From positions 137,212 through 201,211 of the forward strand of contig JBDRHA010000007.1 in the NCBI GenBank assembly GCA_043817235.1: a DNA stretch of 64,000 bases, read 5' to 3'. The notes beneath the pieces are model-generated. The model searched no databases. It was not told the DNA's origin and saw only the letters and a list, made by a program, of their open reading frames with translations. Shown here one piece after another: positions 16,802 to 26,048 of this stretch. A program made the translations under genes and the position numbers. This DNA is from Candidatus Shapirobacteria bacterium (GTDB taxonomy: Bacteria; Patescibacteriota; Microgenomatia; UBA12405; BS750m-G30). The stretch's first letter is position 1; every line of letters starts with the position of its first letter.

Positions 16802-18662
16802 TGGTCGAATTTTCTAAAACTGGCTGGTTAATTAAATTTAGCCATTCGATTGCTTTTTGGTTTTGAGGATCATACTCTATGCTTTTATACAAAGCTTCTT
16901 TAGCTTTATCAATTTCGTCAAGCTTAATATATATTTGACCTAAATTTAAATAAAGGCTGCTATTTTGCGGATCAATCTTTAAGCCTTCTTCAATTTCTTT
17001 TTGAGCAAGATCTATTTTCCCCTGATCAAAATAAATTGCGGCTAAATTTTGGTGAGATTGCCAAAGATTGGGGTTAAGCTCTAAAGCTTTTTGATAGCTT
17101 TGAGTAGCTAAATCTACCTGATTGATTTGTAGATAGATATTAGCTAGATTATGGTAAGCGTCAGCATAGTTGGGCTGAATTTCAATCGCTATTTTAAACT
17201 CTTTAATCGCTTTTTCAAAATCACCCTGCCGGCCGTAATAGTCACCTAAATTATTATGGTTTTGATGAGACGAGGGTGAAGTTTTGGCTGCTGCCAGCCA
17301 GAGAGTATCTTGGTTTTTCCAATCAGCATTACGCCTGACTGTGCGGGCTCCCAGGGCGATAATAATTAAGCCAAATAAAGTGAAAAGATAGGGCTTAAAC
17401 TTGTGGTTGTCAGCTATTTTTTTAAAAGTTATTGCAAAGGTGACAAAGACTCCTATTGAACCCAGATAGACATAGCGTTCGGCTACAATCCATGAGATTC
17501 CAAAAGGAAGAAGCATGGGCGAGAGGGAAATCAAAAAAAAGGATAGCCAGAAAAAAATTTGACGATGACGCTTATAAAAATAGAAAATTGTGACTATAAA
17601 TAAAAAGAAAAGAACGATTCTGACTAGATACTCTATTTGAGTAAAACTCATTTCTGAGTGGTAAAGGGTTAGCTTGTTTGGCCAGAAAATAAGCTCGAGA
17701 TAGGAAGTAACAGCTATTGAAGATAATTGGGCAAAATTTATTACTCGCTCTGAGTGGCTTTCACTTTGGGGGCGTTTTTGATAAAAATCGTTTTGTAAAG
17801 AAACAGTGTGGGTTTTGAATGGCCCTATAAGATAGATTGCCCAAGTAGCGCTAAGGATAAAAAAGGGAATGAGCTTTTTCCAATTATTCTTTATTTTTCC
17901 AAAAGAGATTTCATAAAAAAGAAGAATGCCGGGAAAGGCAATTACTTTTTCTGAAGTAGCCAGGGCCAGAAAGTAAAAGAAGAGGGACAAGAAATAGAAT
18001 TTTACTTTTTTATTATCAAAAAATAGGATATAAGCTGAAAAGGAAAGGAGAGCTAAAAATGCAGAATACGAATAATATCCGCTAGAAATCCAGGTGATCG
18101 ATTCAGTTAGGATTGGATGGACAGCAAAAATAGAGGCTGCCAGGAAAGAAATTTTTTTGCGCAAATCAAAGAGGTGGAGTAAAAAGTAAAGAATAAGAGT
18201 GGTTCCGGCATGAGAAAGAATGTTTACTATTCGGTAAAAGGCCGGTGTTCGGCCAAATATTTTATTAATCAAAAAACGAATGAGAGTGTTAAAAAAAGAA
18301 AACGGGTTGGAAAAAATGTGCTTTGCCTGGTCAAGATAAGGATTGTTCAGAACTCCATTAATATCGTCAGAAACAAAATCGTTATTAATGGAATTAATAT
18401 AGACAGCAAAAACTAAAAAGACTAAGCCAAGGAGAATCAGCCGGTTTTGATTAAACCATTTTTTCAGATCAGTCCTGTCAGATTTACCCTGTAAGGGAAT
18501 TGTTTTGGCAATAAATTGCTGATACTTTTTTTTACCCCAGCGTTTTTTTAAGTATTTTTCAATCTCTTCAACGGTTACCTCCAAATACGAAGCAATTTTT
18601 TCAATAGACTCTTTTTTAAAGTGTTTTTTAATGTATTTTTTCTGCCTGCTGGTTAAATTCAT
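16791..18662 (-). CDS. TMTC-like GT-C protein O-glycosyltransferase with C-terminal TPR repeats
   Basis: NDFVSDD, HP...ESITWIS, AERYVY and RNADW motifs, followed by TPRs (HNNLG, AYHNLA, LYLNLG). ATG 18662 preferred over 18728. Confidence 0.8.
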   Translation of the reverse strand: MNLTSRQKKYIKKHFKKESIEKIASYLEVTVEEIEKYLKKRWGKKKYQQFIAKTIPLQGKSDRTDLKKWFNQNRLILLGLVFLVFAVYINSINNDFVSDDINGVLNNPYLDQAKHIFSNPFSFFNTLIRFLINKIFGRTPAFYRIVNILSHAGTTLILYFLLHLFDLRKKISFLAASIFAVHPILTESITWISSGYYSYSAFLALLSFSAYILFFDNKKVKFYFLSLFFYFLALATSEKVIAFPGILLFYEISFGKIKNNWKKLIPFFILSATWAIYLIGPFKTHTVSLQNDFYQKRPQSESHSERVINFAQLSSIAVTSYLELIFWPNKLTLYHSEMSFTQIEYLVRIVLFFLFIVTIFYFYKRHRQIFFWLSFFLISLSPMLLPFGISWIVAERYVYLGSIGVFVTFAITFKKIADNHKFKPYLFTLFGLIIIALGARTVRRNADWKNQDTLWLAAAKTSPSSHQNHNNLGDYYGRQGDFEKAIKEFKIAIEIQPNYADAYHNLANIYLQINQVDLATQSYQKALELNPNLWQSHQNLAAIYFDQGKIDLAQKEIEEGLKIDPQNSSLYLNLGQIYIKLDEIDKAKEALYKSIEYDPQNQKAIEWLNLINQPVLENSTNEE

Positions 18663-18678
18663 TAGAAATATTCTACTT

Positions 18679-20247
18679 TTAAACAGTGTCCTTTTCAATT
18701 GTGCAGTAGACTCGAAGGATTTCGTCATTAAGGCCTAAGGCCGAGAATATTTTAAAGGGAAGGAATAAAATTAACCCCTTTAAACTACTGAAAATACCTT
18801 TTTTAAAGCTAGTAGTTAAAACGGTGAAGGGGAGTTGGTGGAGAGCAAATCCTTTTTTTTCTATTTTAAAACCAGCTTGGTTAAGCAGGTTAATAATTTT
18901 TTGTTTGGTAAAAAAATTTAAATGAGCTTTGCTTTGATAAGCAAAATAATCTTTTCTTAAAAACCTTTCGGTTAAATTTCCAGTTAAAGGAATCTCAATT
19001 ATTAAAACTCCGTCTTTTTTTAAAAATCCCTTAGCTTTTCTTAAAACCTTTTCTGGATCTTTAGTGTGTTCCAAGAAATGAAAGGCGGTTACCACCTCAA
19101 ATTTTTTGCTTAGGTTTAAGTTTTCAATTGAGGAATGGATTATTTTTAAGTTTATTTTCGGCACTTGGTCAACTGCCAGGACGTTAAAGTTATTTTTAAG
19201 AGCTAGATTTAAAAATGAACCATCGCCACAGCCTAAATCTAATAAGCTAAGACTATTTTTTTTACTTAACAAGCTTGTTTTTAGGGAAACAAATCTTTTT
19301 AATTCCCAGAGTCGGAACTTGTCAAATGAGGTTTTAAGCTCCCTTTCAATGTTGGCTTTGAGAGATTTTAAGGTTAAAAACATTCGGGCTGGTTTAAAAG
19401 TGAGCAAGTCTTGGATTGCTAGGGCAAAAGAAATTAAAAGGAAGCCAGTGATTTTCAAAACCTTCTTAGGGCCTTTAAAGTTCTTGATTATTGTTCTGAG
19501 CCTATTTTTGCGAATATTAAAAAGTAATTCTTGGCTAGTAAGCTGGCTTTTGACGGTTAGTGAACCTTGATGGTAGATGATGCTTTTAGGGCAATACCAG
19601 CTTTGACCCCCCTGCTTTTTGGCTCTCAAGTTTAAGTCAATGTCTTCGTAGTGATATTTAAACCATTCATCAAAGCCACCTAGATTAAAGAAAAAATTTC
19701 TATCAATCAAAAAACAAGTACCGTTAGCGTAGTCGACGCGAACGCTTTGATCGTATTGACCAAGATCTTTTTCACCTCGACCTTTGCCAGAACCAAGGCC
19801 AAAGAAATTATAGTTGCCGCCAACATTATCAATTATTCTTTTTTTCTGAAAGAAAAGAATTTTTGGTTGAATAAGATATTTTTCCTTATTCTTAGTAAAA
19901 GCAATCAGCTCCTTTGCCCAATCTTTATCAACAATAGCATCACTATTTAGGAAAAAAAGTTTCTCGCCTTTTGAATAAAAAGCACCTAAGTTGCTTCCCC
20001 CGGCGAAAAACAAATTTTCTTTTGAGCGGATAATTTTTATTTTGTCAGAAACAAACTTGTTTACTTTTTTATTCTTACCGTATTTTCTTTTAATTAACTG
20101 GTAGCTGTTATCTGTGGAACCATTTTCAATCAGAATTATTTCAAAGTTAGGATAATCTGTTTTTAAGACAGAATTAACGCAGGAGCAAATGAAGTCTTCT
20201 CCGTTATAGTTGAGAATTATGATGGAGACGAGTGGTTGTTTAGACAT
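18679..20247 (-). CDS. GT2 glycosyltransferase fused to a class I SAM methyltransferase
   Basis: N-terminal VSIIILNYNG, FLNSD and YEDID; C-terminal LDLGCGDG and FHFLEH..DP. Confidence 0.88.
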   Translation of the reverse strand: MSKQPLVSIIILNYNGEDFICSCVNSVLKTDYPNFEIILIENGSTDNSYQLIKRKYGKNKKVNKFVSDKIKIIRSKENLFFAGGSNLGAFYSKGEKLFFLNSDAIVDKDWAKELIAFTKNKEKYLIQPKILFFQKKRIIDNVGGNYNFFGLGSGKGRGEKDLGQYDQSVRVDYANGTCFLIDRNFFFNLGGFDEWFKYHYEDIDLNLRAKKQGGQSWYCPKSIIYHQGSLTVKSQLTSQELLFNIRKNRLRTIIKNFKGPKKVLKITGFLLISFALAIQDLLTFKPARMFLTLKSLKANIERELKTSFDKFRLWELKRFVSLKTSLLSKKNSLSLLDLGCGDGSFLNLALKNNFNVLAVDQVPKINLKIIHSSIENLNLSKKFEVVTAFHFLEHTKDPEKVLRKAKGFLKKDGVLIIEIPLTGNLTERFLRKDYFAYQSKAHLNFFTKQKIINLLNQAGFKIEKKGFALHQLPFTVLTTSFKKGIFSSLKGLILFLPFKIFSALGLNDEILRVYCTIEKDTV

Positions 20248-21250
20248 TTTTAAACCATGTCAGTCCTTTGGTTAAAATTGTTTTAAAGCTGGCCTCGCCC
20301 CGGATAATTTGCTTAGCAGAGTTGTTCTTGTTCTTATATAAATTTATCTGAGCCCTTTTTTTAATTATTTTGCGGAGGCTGATAATGTTCCAAAATAGAC
20401 CTTGATAGATGTAAAAGGCCATTTTCAATCTTTTTTGGAAAATTAGTTTTAAGCTTAAAGCTAACCATCCCAAAATATGAAGAGGCAGCATCCAAATGAT
20501 TATTTCCAAAGGAGCATTTTTAAGGATATTCTGAGTATTATTTTTGGCTCCTTGGTAAAAAATTCGGTATTTGGTTTTTTTATTTAGACTGCTTTTTTGA
20601 AAATGATAAACTTTCGCTTTTGGGAAATAGATAATTTTGTAACCAGCCAGCCAAACGCGCCAACTAAGATCAGTTTCTTCTCCGTAAATAAAATAATCTT
20701 TATCAAAGCCGCCAATTATTTGAAAAATTTTTTTTCTGACAGCCATGCCAGCGCTTCGTGCTCCAAAAATTAATTTTTCTTGCTGATTTTTATTTTCATT
20801 TTCTCCAACTCTAACTTCATAGGGAAAACCAAGGAAGCTTAAAAAATGTCCAGCCGTTTCTATTCGTCTGCTTTTGCTCTTCATTAATTTAGCTTGAAGA
20901 GCGCCAATATTTTGATCTTTTTGGAATTTTTTAACTACTTGGTCAAAGCAACTCTTTTCAGTTTCTGTATCTGCGTCTAGAAAAAATAAATACTGACCTC
21001 GAGTTTTACTAGCGCCAAAATTTCTCGCATTTGCCGGACCTTTGTTCTTTTTTAAGCGAAATATTTTAATTTGAGAGAAAGATTGGTATTTTTTTAAAAT
21101 TTCGGGCGTGTTGTCTGTTGAGCAATCGTCAACAATGATTAATTCGTAATTTTTGTAAGTTGATTTTAAAATTGAATCAAGACACTTATTAAGGTATTTT
21201 TGGCTATTAAAGCAGGGGATAATAACTGAAAGATTAGGTTTTTTTTTCAT
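20240..21250 (-). CDS. GT2 glycosyltransferase
   Basis: SVIIPCFN, VDDCSTD, FLDAD and YGEETDL motifs. Confidence 0.9.
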   Translation of the reverse strand: MKKKPNLSVIIPCFNSQKYLNKCLDSILKSTYKNYELIIVDDCSTDNTPEILKKYQSFSQIKIFRLKKNKGPANARNFGASKTRGQYLFFLDADTETEKSCFDQVVKKFQKDQNIGALQAKLMKSKSRRIETAGHFLSFLGFPYEVRVGENENKNQQEKLIFGARSAGMAVRKKIFQIIGGFDKDYFIYGEETDLSWRVWLAGYKIIYFPKAKVYHFQKSSLNKKTKYRIFYQGAKNNTQNILKNAPLEIIIWMLPLHILGWLALSLKLIFQKRLKMAFYIYQGLFWNIISLRKIIKKRAQINLYKNKNNSAKQIIRGEASFKTILTKGLTWFKNV

Positions 21251-22305
21251 TAGAAGGGTTGATTGGTTAAATAACTAAAGGCTTTGCCTAAATACCAGTT
21301 TAAACTTCTTTTTATTAAAACCTTGTCTAGCCAAAGATTGTCCTGATAGTATTTTTGCCCTAATTTGGCTATTAGGTTTTTTCTTTTATGATAGAGTATT
21401 TTTGGGTGAGCAATTAACCAACCAAAAGCCTTTAAAACTGCTTTAGCCCTAGGCCAGTCAAATTTAAGCAAGAAAGATAGCAGTAAAGCTAGCCAAACAA
21501 AAACGATAGCCAAAAGCATTTTAACGAGATGTGTTTTGGAGGCATTTTTGATAATGATGATTATTTGATTGCGACAACCCTGATGAGTGATCCAGGTAGC
21601 GTGAGTTTTAGAGACTTTTTTATCCTTAGTGCCGTAAGCATGCCAGACTTTTCCCAAGGGTAAAAAGACTACCCGGAAACCCGTTTTCCAAACCCGCCAG
21701 CAAAAATCTGGTTCTTCCCAGTACATAAAAATTTCTTTGTCAAAGCCCCCGGCTCTATCAAAAGCATTTTTTCTAATAATCATCGCTGCGGTTTTACCGC
21801 TAAAAATATCTTCTACGCGATTAAATTGACCAAGGTCTTTGGCGCCCCTGGCTCTTTCTGATAAAAAACCAAACTGAGTTATTTTTTCCCCGGCACAATC
21901 ATAGTTATTAGTTCCCATTTTGATAATTTTTAATTGGGCAACTCCAATTTTAGGATGCTTTTCTAAATATTTTAAGGATTTACCTAGCCAGTCAGGGCCA
22001 ACTATGGTATCGTAGTCTAAAATTACTAAATAGTGCCCCAAGCTATTTTGGCGACCGATATTTCGTGCTTCAGCTGGACCGACATTCTTTTTTAGAGCAA
22101 TTACTTTTAAGTTTTTTCTTTTTTTCTCTTGTTTTTTTAAAAGTTTTACACTTTTATCCGTTGAGCCGTTGTCAATTACAACCACTTCAAAAGAAATCTT
22201 TGTTTCCTGATAAATTGATCCCAAGCATTTATTAATAAACTTTTCTCCGTTAAAATTAGGAATAATAATGGAAACTAACGGTAGCTTACTTTTTGATTTT
22301 GACAT
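21250..22305 (-). CDS. GT2 glycosyltransferase
   Basis: VSIIIPNFNG, IDNGSTD, LDYD and YWEEPDF motifs. Confidence 0.9.
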   Translation of the reverse strand: MSKSKSKLPLVSIIIPNFNGEKFINKCLGSIYQETKISFEVVVIDNGSTDKSVKLLKKQEKKRKNLKVIALKKNVGPAEARNIGRQNSLGHYLVILDYDTIVGPDWLGKSLKYLEKHPKIGVAQLKIIKMGTNNYDCAGEKITQFGFLSERARGAKDLGQFNRVEDIFSGKTAAMIIRKNAFDRAGGFDKEIFMYWEEPDFCWRVWKTGFRVVFLPLGKVWHAYGTKDKKVSKTHATWITHQGCRNQIIIIIKNASKTHLVKMLLAIVFVWLALLLSFLLKFDWPRAKAVLKAFGWLIAHPKILYHKRKNLIAKLGQKYYQDNLWLDKVLIKRSLNWYLGKAFSYLTNQPF

Positions 22306-23263
22306 ATTTTAAGCCGGTGATTGTTCCTGCCCAGCCTCCTAGCCAATTAATATTTTTAGTGCTGATTGCTTTATAAGTCCAATAAAAATTTAGAAAGACA
22401 AGGTAGAGGATAAACTTAAATAAATAACCAGAGCAAGGTTTAAAAATATGGCGAAAGTAAAATTTAAAGAAGTTTTCCATCCTTTGCTTGGCCTTGGTTC
22501 TTTTTGAAAAAACTCCGCCTTGGGAAATATTGTGAGCTACTTTTATCTTGGGATTAAAAACTAAACGATAGCCTAATTCTTTAACTCTCATTGCCAAATC
22601 AAGCTCACACCATTCGGCCACAGCCTTATAGCCGTAGTCATATCCCCCTACCCTAGAAACTAATTCCTTTTTAAGAGTCATATTGCAGGCTTCTAAATAA
22701 TCAACTTCTTTTAGGCCCTTAACTTTTAAGCTGGAGGGAAAGTTGGACCCTGGGGTCCAAGCTCCACTTTTTAAAATTCTACCTACTTCATACTTTTTTC
22801 CTTCTAAAAAGAATTTATCCCAAATGAAACTAATAATTTTTAAAAACCCGGCTTGGCTGTACAGGAAAAAAACATCTCTGTTTTTAAGCAAGTTTTTAGG
22901 AACTAAAGTTGGACCAGTTGCTCCGGCAATTTTTTTGTCCTTTTTAAAAGTATTGATTATTGATTTAGCCCAATCTGGGGAAACAACTACATCATCATCA
23001 ATCCAGGAAATAAGCCTTCCTTGAGCCTTTCTCCATCCTTGATCTCTGACCTTGGCCAACTCTTTTTCTTTATAAGTAACTGTTTTAATTGATAGTTTCT
23101 TTGTGTAGCTGGAGATTACTTCCTTTGTTTTATCAGTTGAGCCGCCATCAACAATAATTACCTCAAAATTTTTAAAAGTTTGGGCGGCTAGACTTTTAAG
23201 GCAATGTTCTAAGCTTGAGGCTCTGCTAAGGGTGCAAATAATGACTGAAAGTGGTGGTTTCAT
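22286..23263 (-). CDS. GT2 glycosyltransferase
   Basis: LSVIICT, VDGGSTD and IDDD motifs. Confidence 0.9.
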   Translation of the reverse strand: MKPPLSVIICTLSRASSLEHCLKSLAAQTFKNFEVIIVDGGSTDKTKEVISSYTKKLSIKTVTYKEKELAKVRDQGWRKAQGRLISWIDDDVVVSPDWAKSIINTFKKDKKIAGATGPTLVPKNLLKNRDVFFLYSQAGFLKIISFIWDKFFLEGKKYEVGRILKSGAWTPGSNFPSSLKVKGLKEVDYLEACNMTLKKELVSRVGGYDYGYKAVAEWCELDLAMRVKELGYRLVFNPKIKVAHNISQGGVFSKRTKAKQRMENFFKFYFRHIFKPCSGYLFKFILYLVFLNFYWTYKAISTKNINWLGGWAGTITGLKYVKIKK

Positions 23264-23278
23264 AGTATACTTTAGCTA

Positions 23279-24304
23279 ATGCTTGATCTTATTATACGAA
23301 AAATTAAACTTTTTTACTCTTCTTGCTCAGAGTTTGATTTTTTGTTTGACAAAATTGCCAACTCAGATTTATATTGTGGGTTGGTTAAAAACAAGATTAG
23401 TTTTCAGAAAAACAAAGATAAAAAAGGATTATTTAATTTGGCAATAGAGACAAGCAGTATTTGTAATGCTGCTTGTCTAATGTGTCCCCATCAGTCTATG
23501 GTTCGGTCTAAAAAGATTATGGATGATCAGATTTTTGACAAAGTTATAAAAAGACTTAAGAAGGAGGATATTCCTATTAATAAAATATTTTTAAGTGGAA
23601 TGGGAGAGCCACTGGCTGATGGAAAAATAATTGAGCGAATAAAGGCTCTTAAAAAGATGGGTTATTTGGTTAAGCTTTACACCAATGCTTCATTGCTCAC
23701 TAAAGCTGTTTCTGAAAAACTAGTAAGACTTGGTCTCAATGAGGCTAATATTAGCTTTAATGCGGCTAGCAAAAAGCAATATTTAAAAGTGATGGGTTTA
23801 AATTTTAGCCAGGTAGTAAAAAATATTGAGAATTTGACTAGAGCCAAAAAAAGAATTGGGTCTGATTTGCCCAAAATTAGAATTTCTTTAATTGCGATCA
23901 AAGATAATGAGAGGGATATTGATAGATTTGTGAAAAAATGGTCGGGCCTAGTTGATTCAGTTACGGTTTCTAAGCCCCATGAGTGGGGAGGGAAAGTAAA
24001 AATAGTTTCTGACCATGAGTTTAAAAAGCAGGGGATAACATACCCCTGCCGTTCTCTTTGGCACACAGTTGTTATTGATAGCAGTGGGAATTTTGTGATT
24101 TGCTGTCGCGATTATGAATCTAAGCTTAAATTGGGAAATATTATGACCAATTCCTTTGGTGATATTTTTAAGAGTCCAATTTTAAAACGTTTCCGACAGC
24201 TTCATCTTGAATTTAAAAAAGAAAAACTGCCACAGATTTGCCAAGGGTGTAACTTTCCTTATCAGAACGGAGTTGAGTGGTTTATGCCCAGAAGCCTAGA
24301 TTAG
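23279..24304 (+). CDS. Radical SAM protein with SPASM/twitch domain (BtrN-like)
   Basis: CNAACLMC motif, GMGEPL, and C-terminal PC..LW...CC.D...GN...C..C. Confidence 0.85.
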   Translation: MLDLIIRKIKLFYSSCSEFDFLFDKIANSDLYCGLVKNKISFQKNKDKKGLFNLAIETSSICNAACLMCPHQSMVRSKKIMDDQIFDKVIKRLKKEDIPINKIFLSGMGEPLADGKIIERIKALKKMGYLVKLYTNASLLTKAVSEKLVRLGLNEANISFNAASKKQYLKVMGLNFSQVVKNIENLTRAKKRIGSDLPKIRISLIAIKDNERDIDRFVKKWSGLVDSVTVSKPHEWGGKVKIVSDHEFKKQGITYPCRSLWHTVVIDSSGNFVICCRDYESKLKLGNIMTNSFGDIFKSPILKRFRQLHLEFKKEKLPQICQGCNFPYQNGVEWFMPRSLD

Positions 24305-24305
24305 C

Positions 24306-24986
24306 ATGAATAACAAATTTTTCTATTTAGGAAAGACTCCCTATAGTTACGATTGGTACCATTTACTCAGTAGCTATAAAAAGATTGTTCGTCCTCAAGA
24401 TTGGATTTTGGAAATTGGAAGCTCTAATCTTCAAAAAACCAAGCAGTTGGTTGCTTATTGTCATGGCTTAATAGGTTTAGAAAAATATAAAAAGCGCATG
24501 CCGAAAAACTTGGAACTTAGAGGTTTAAATATAAGCAAGTTTGGTTCGGGCGAATTAAAAGTAATAAATGGAGATTGGCATAATTTGACTAAAATTTTTA
24601 AGAACCGTAAATTTGATCTGGTTGTTGCCTCACATGTTATTGAGCATGTTGAGGATGATTTGGTGTGCTTGAATAAAGCTTTTGCAGTGTTGAAAAAGGG
24701 TGGGTATTTCTTGTTTACGACTCCAAACAGGCTTAGGCTTTTTGAAAGACTAAGAAGCGTTTTTAAGGGTGAGAGAAAATTTCCCTATCATGAGCATTTA
24801 AGGGAATATAACAAAGAGGATATTGAGGATCTTATACTAAGATCTAAGCTTTGCAAATCCAAGACCAGCATTACTGGATTTGTTTTTGGAATTCACACCG
24901 GACCTTTTTATATGTTCCTGAAACATGTGCCAAATTTTTTAAAACAGTGGACTAATTTTTGGGAAGTAATTATTCAAAAAAGTTAA
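24306..24986 (+). CDS. Class I SAM-dependent methyltransferase
   Basis: ILEIGS, FDLVVASHVIEHV, TTPN and HLREY motifs. Confidence 0.85.
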   Translation: MNNKFFYLGKTPYSYDWYHLLSSYKKIVRPQDWILEIGSSNLQKTKQLVAYCHGLIGLEKYKKRMPKNLELRGLNISKFGSGELKVINGDWHNLTKIFKNRKFDLVVASHVIEHVEDDLVCLNKAFAVLKKGGYFLFTTPNRLRLFERLRSVFKGERKFPYHEHLREYNKEDIEDLILRSKLCKSKTSITGFVFGIHTGPFYMFLKHVPNFLKQWTNFWEVIIQKS

Positions 24987-25996
24987 CTTTTCCCTAATCC
25001 CTTTTTAATTCCGAGCCAGTTCCAAAATTGCCAGTTAAGGACCGAAAGAAAATAAATCCAAAAGATTAGAAAGCAGACAATGGGGTGTAGAAACCAAGCT
25101 AGGTCAGGGACCTTTAAATGCCCTTTTACTGCTAGAAGCAGGGGATTGATTAAGGTTAGAGAATATAAAGAATAGCTAATAATCTTTTTTCTATCCCTTT
25201 CTTTATTGTAAAGAAAATATCTTCTTTTGCTTAAATTATGTAAATATAGATTTTCCATATACTTTTTTCTTTTTTTGAAAAAATGGATGAGTCTTTCTCC
25301 ACTCGCGTGAATAACATCATTTTTAACTACCACGTATTTATTGCGTTGTTTATTAATTAAATCATAATTAACATCAATGTGAAAAAAACTATCTTGATCA
25401 ATCTTGGCCTTAAGCAGTAATTCTCTTTTAATCAAAAATCCATTAGCGCCGACCGTGGGCAAGTTATTTTTATTAAACTCGACCAGAAAATATTCCCCCT
25501 TGTCTTCAGCCTTACCAGCTAAAGTCCACTGAGAAGATAGATAAGATTGGCGATCAACTCGGTTTAAAAAATAAGCGACCGGATCATTAGCCCCTAAAAG
25601 AGAAAAATATCTATTTAAAATTTTGTCTTTTTTTCGGTGGGTGTAGTGCCAGGTGTAACAGCCAATTGCCTGGGGTTCTTTTTCTAAAAAATAAACCATT
25701 GTTTGCAGCCAGTTTTTGTTAGGTAAAATATTGTCGTCATCTATCTCCAGAATAATTTCGTTTTTAGCCTTAGCCAGAGCAAAGGATTTAGCTCCTTCCG
25801 GGCTTCTGGTGTTTTCGGGAACAACAATCCCGCCATATTTTTTAATAGTCTTGACTGTTTCATCGGTTGATCCCCCGTCAGCAGAGATGATTTCTATTTT
25901 TTTCTGGTCGTAGTTTTGGCTGCGAATACTGGCCAAAGCCTTTTTTAAAATAGGGCCGCTGTTAAGAGTAGCCATGACCACGCTAATACTTTTCAT
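24983..25996 (-). CDS. GT2 glycosyltransferase
   Basis: SVVMATLNS, ADGGSTD and IDDDN motifs. Paralog of 30626-31669. TATAAT 6 nt upstream supports ATG 25996. Confidence 0.88.
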   Translation of the reverse strand: MKSISVVMATLNSGPILKKALASIRSQNYDQKKIEIISADGGSTDETVKTIKKYGGIVVPENTRSPEGAKSFALAKAKNEIILEIDDDNILPNKNWLQTMVYFLEKEPQAIGCYTWHYTHRKKDKILNRYFSLLGANDPVAYFLNRVDRQSYLSSQWTLAGKAEDKGEYFLVEFNKNNLPTVGANGFLIKRELLLKAKIDQDSFFHIDVNYDLINKQRNKYVVVKNDVIHASGERLIHFFKKRKKYMENLYLHNLSKRRYFLYNKERDRKKIISYSLYSLTLINPLLLAVKGHLKVPDLAWFLHPIVCFLIFWIYFLSVLNWQFWNWLGIKKGLGKS

Positions 25997-26048
25997 AGCC
26001 CAATTATACATCGTTAGCAAGTAAACTTTTATGCTAGAATAGCAAAAG

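Noticed and set aside
19106-19570. 154-aa plus-strand ORF and the many other 60-136-aa ORFs nested in or antisense to long genes (e.g. 23677-24066, 46596-46976, 53097-53507, 57209-57535)
   Set aside because: They overlap well-supported genes and show no recognisable motifs, as expected for shadow ORFs.
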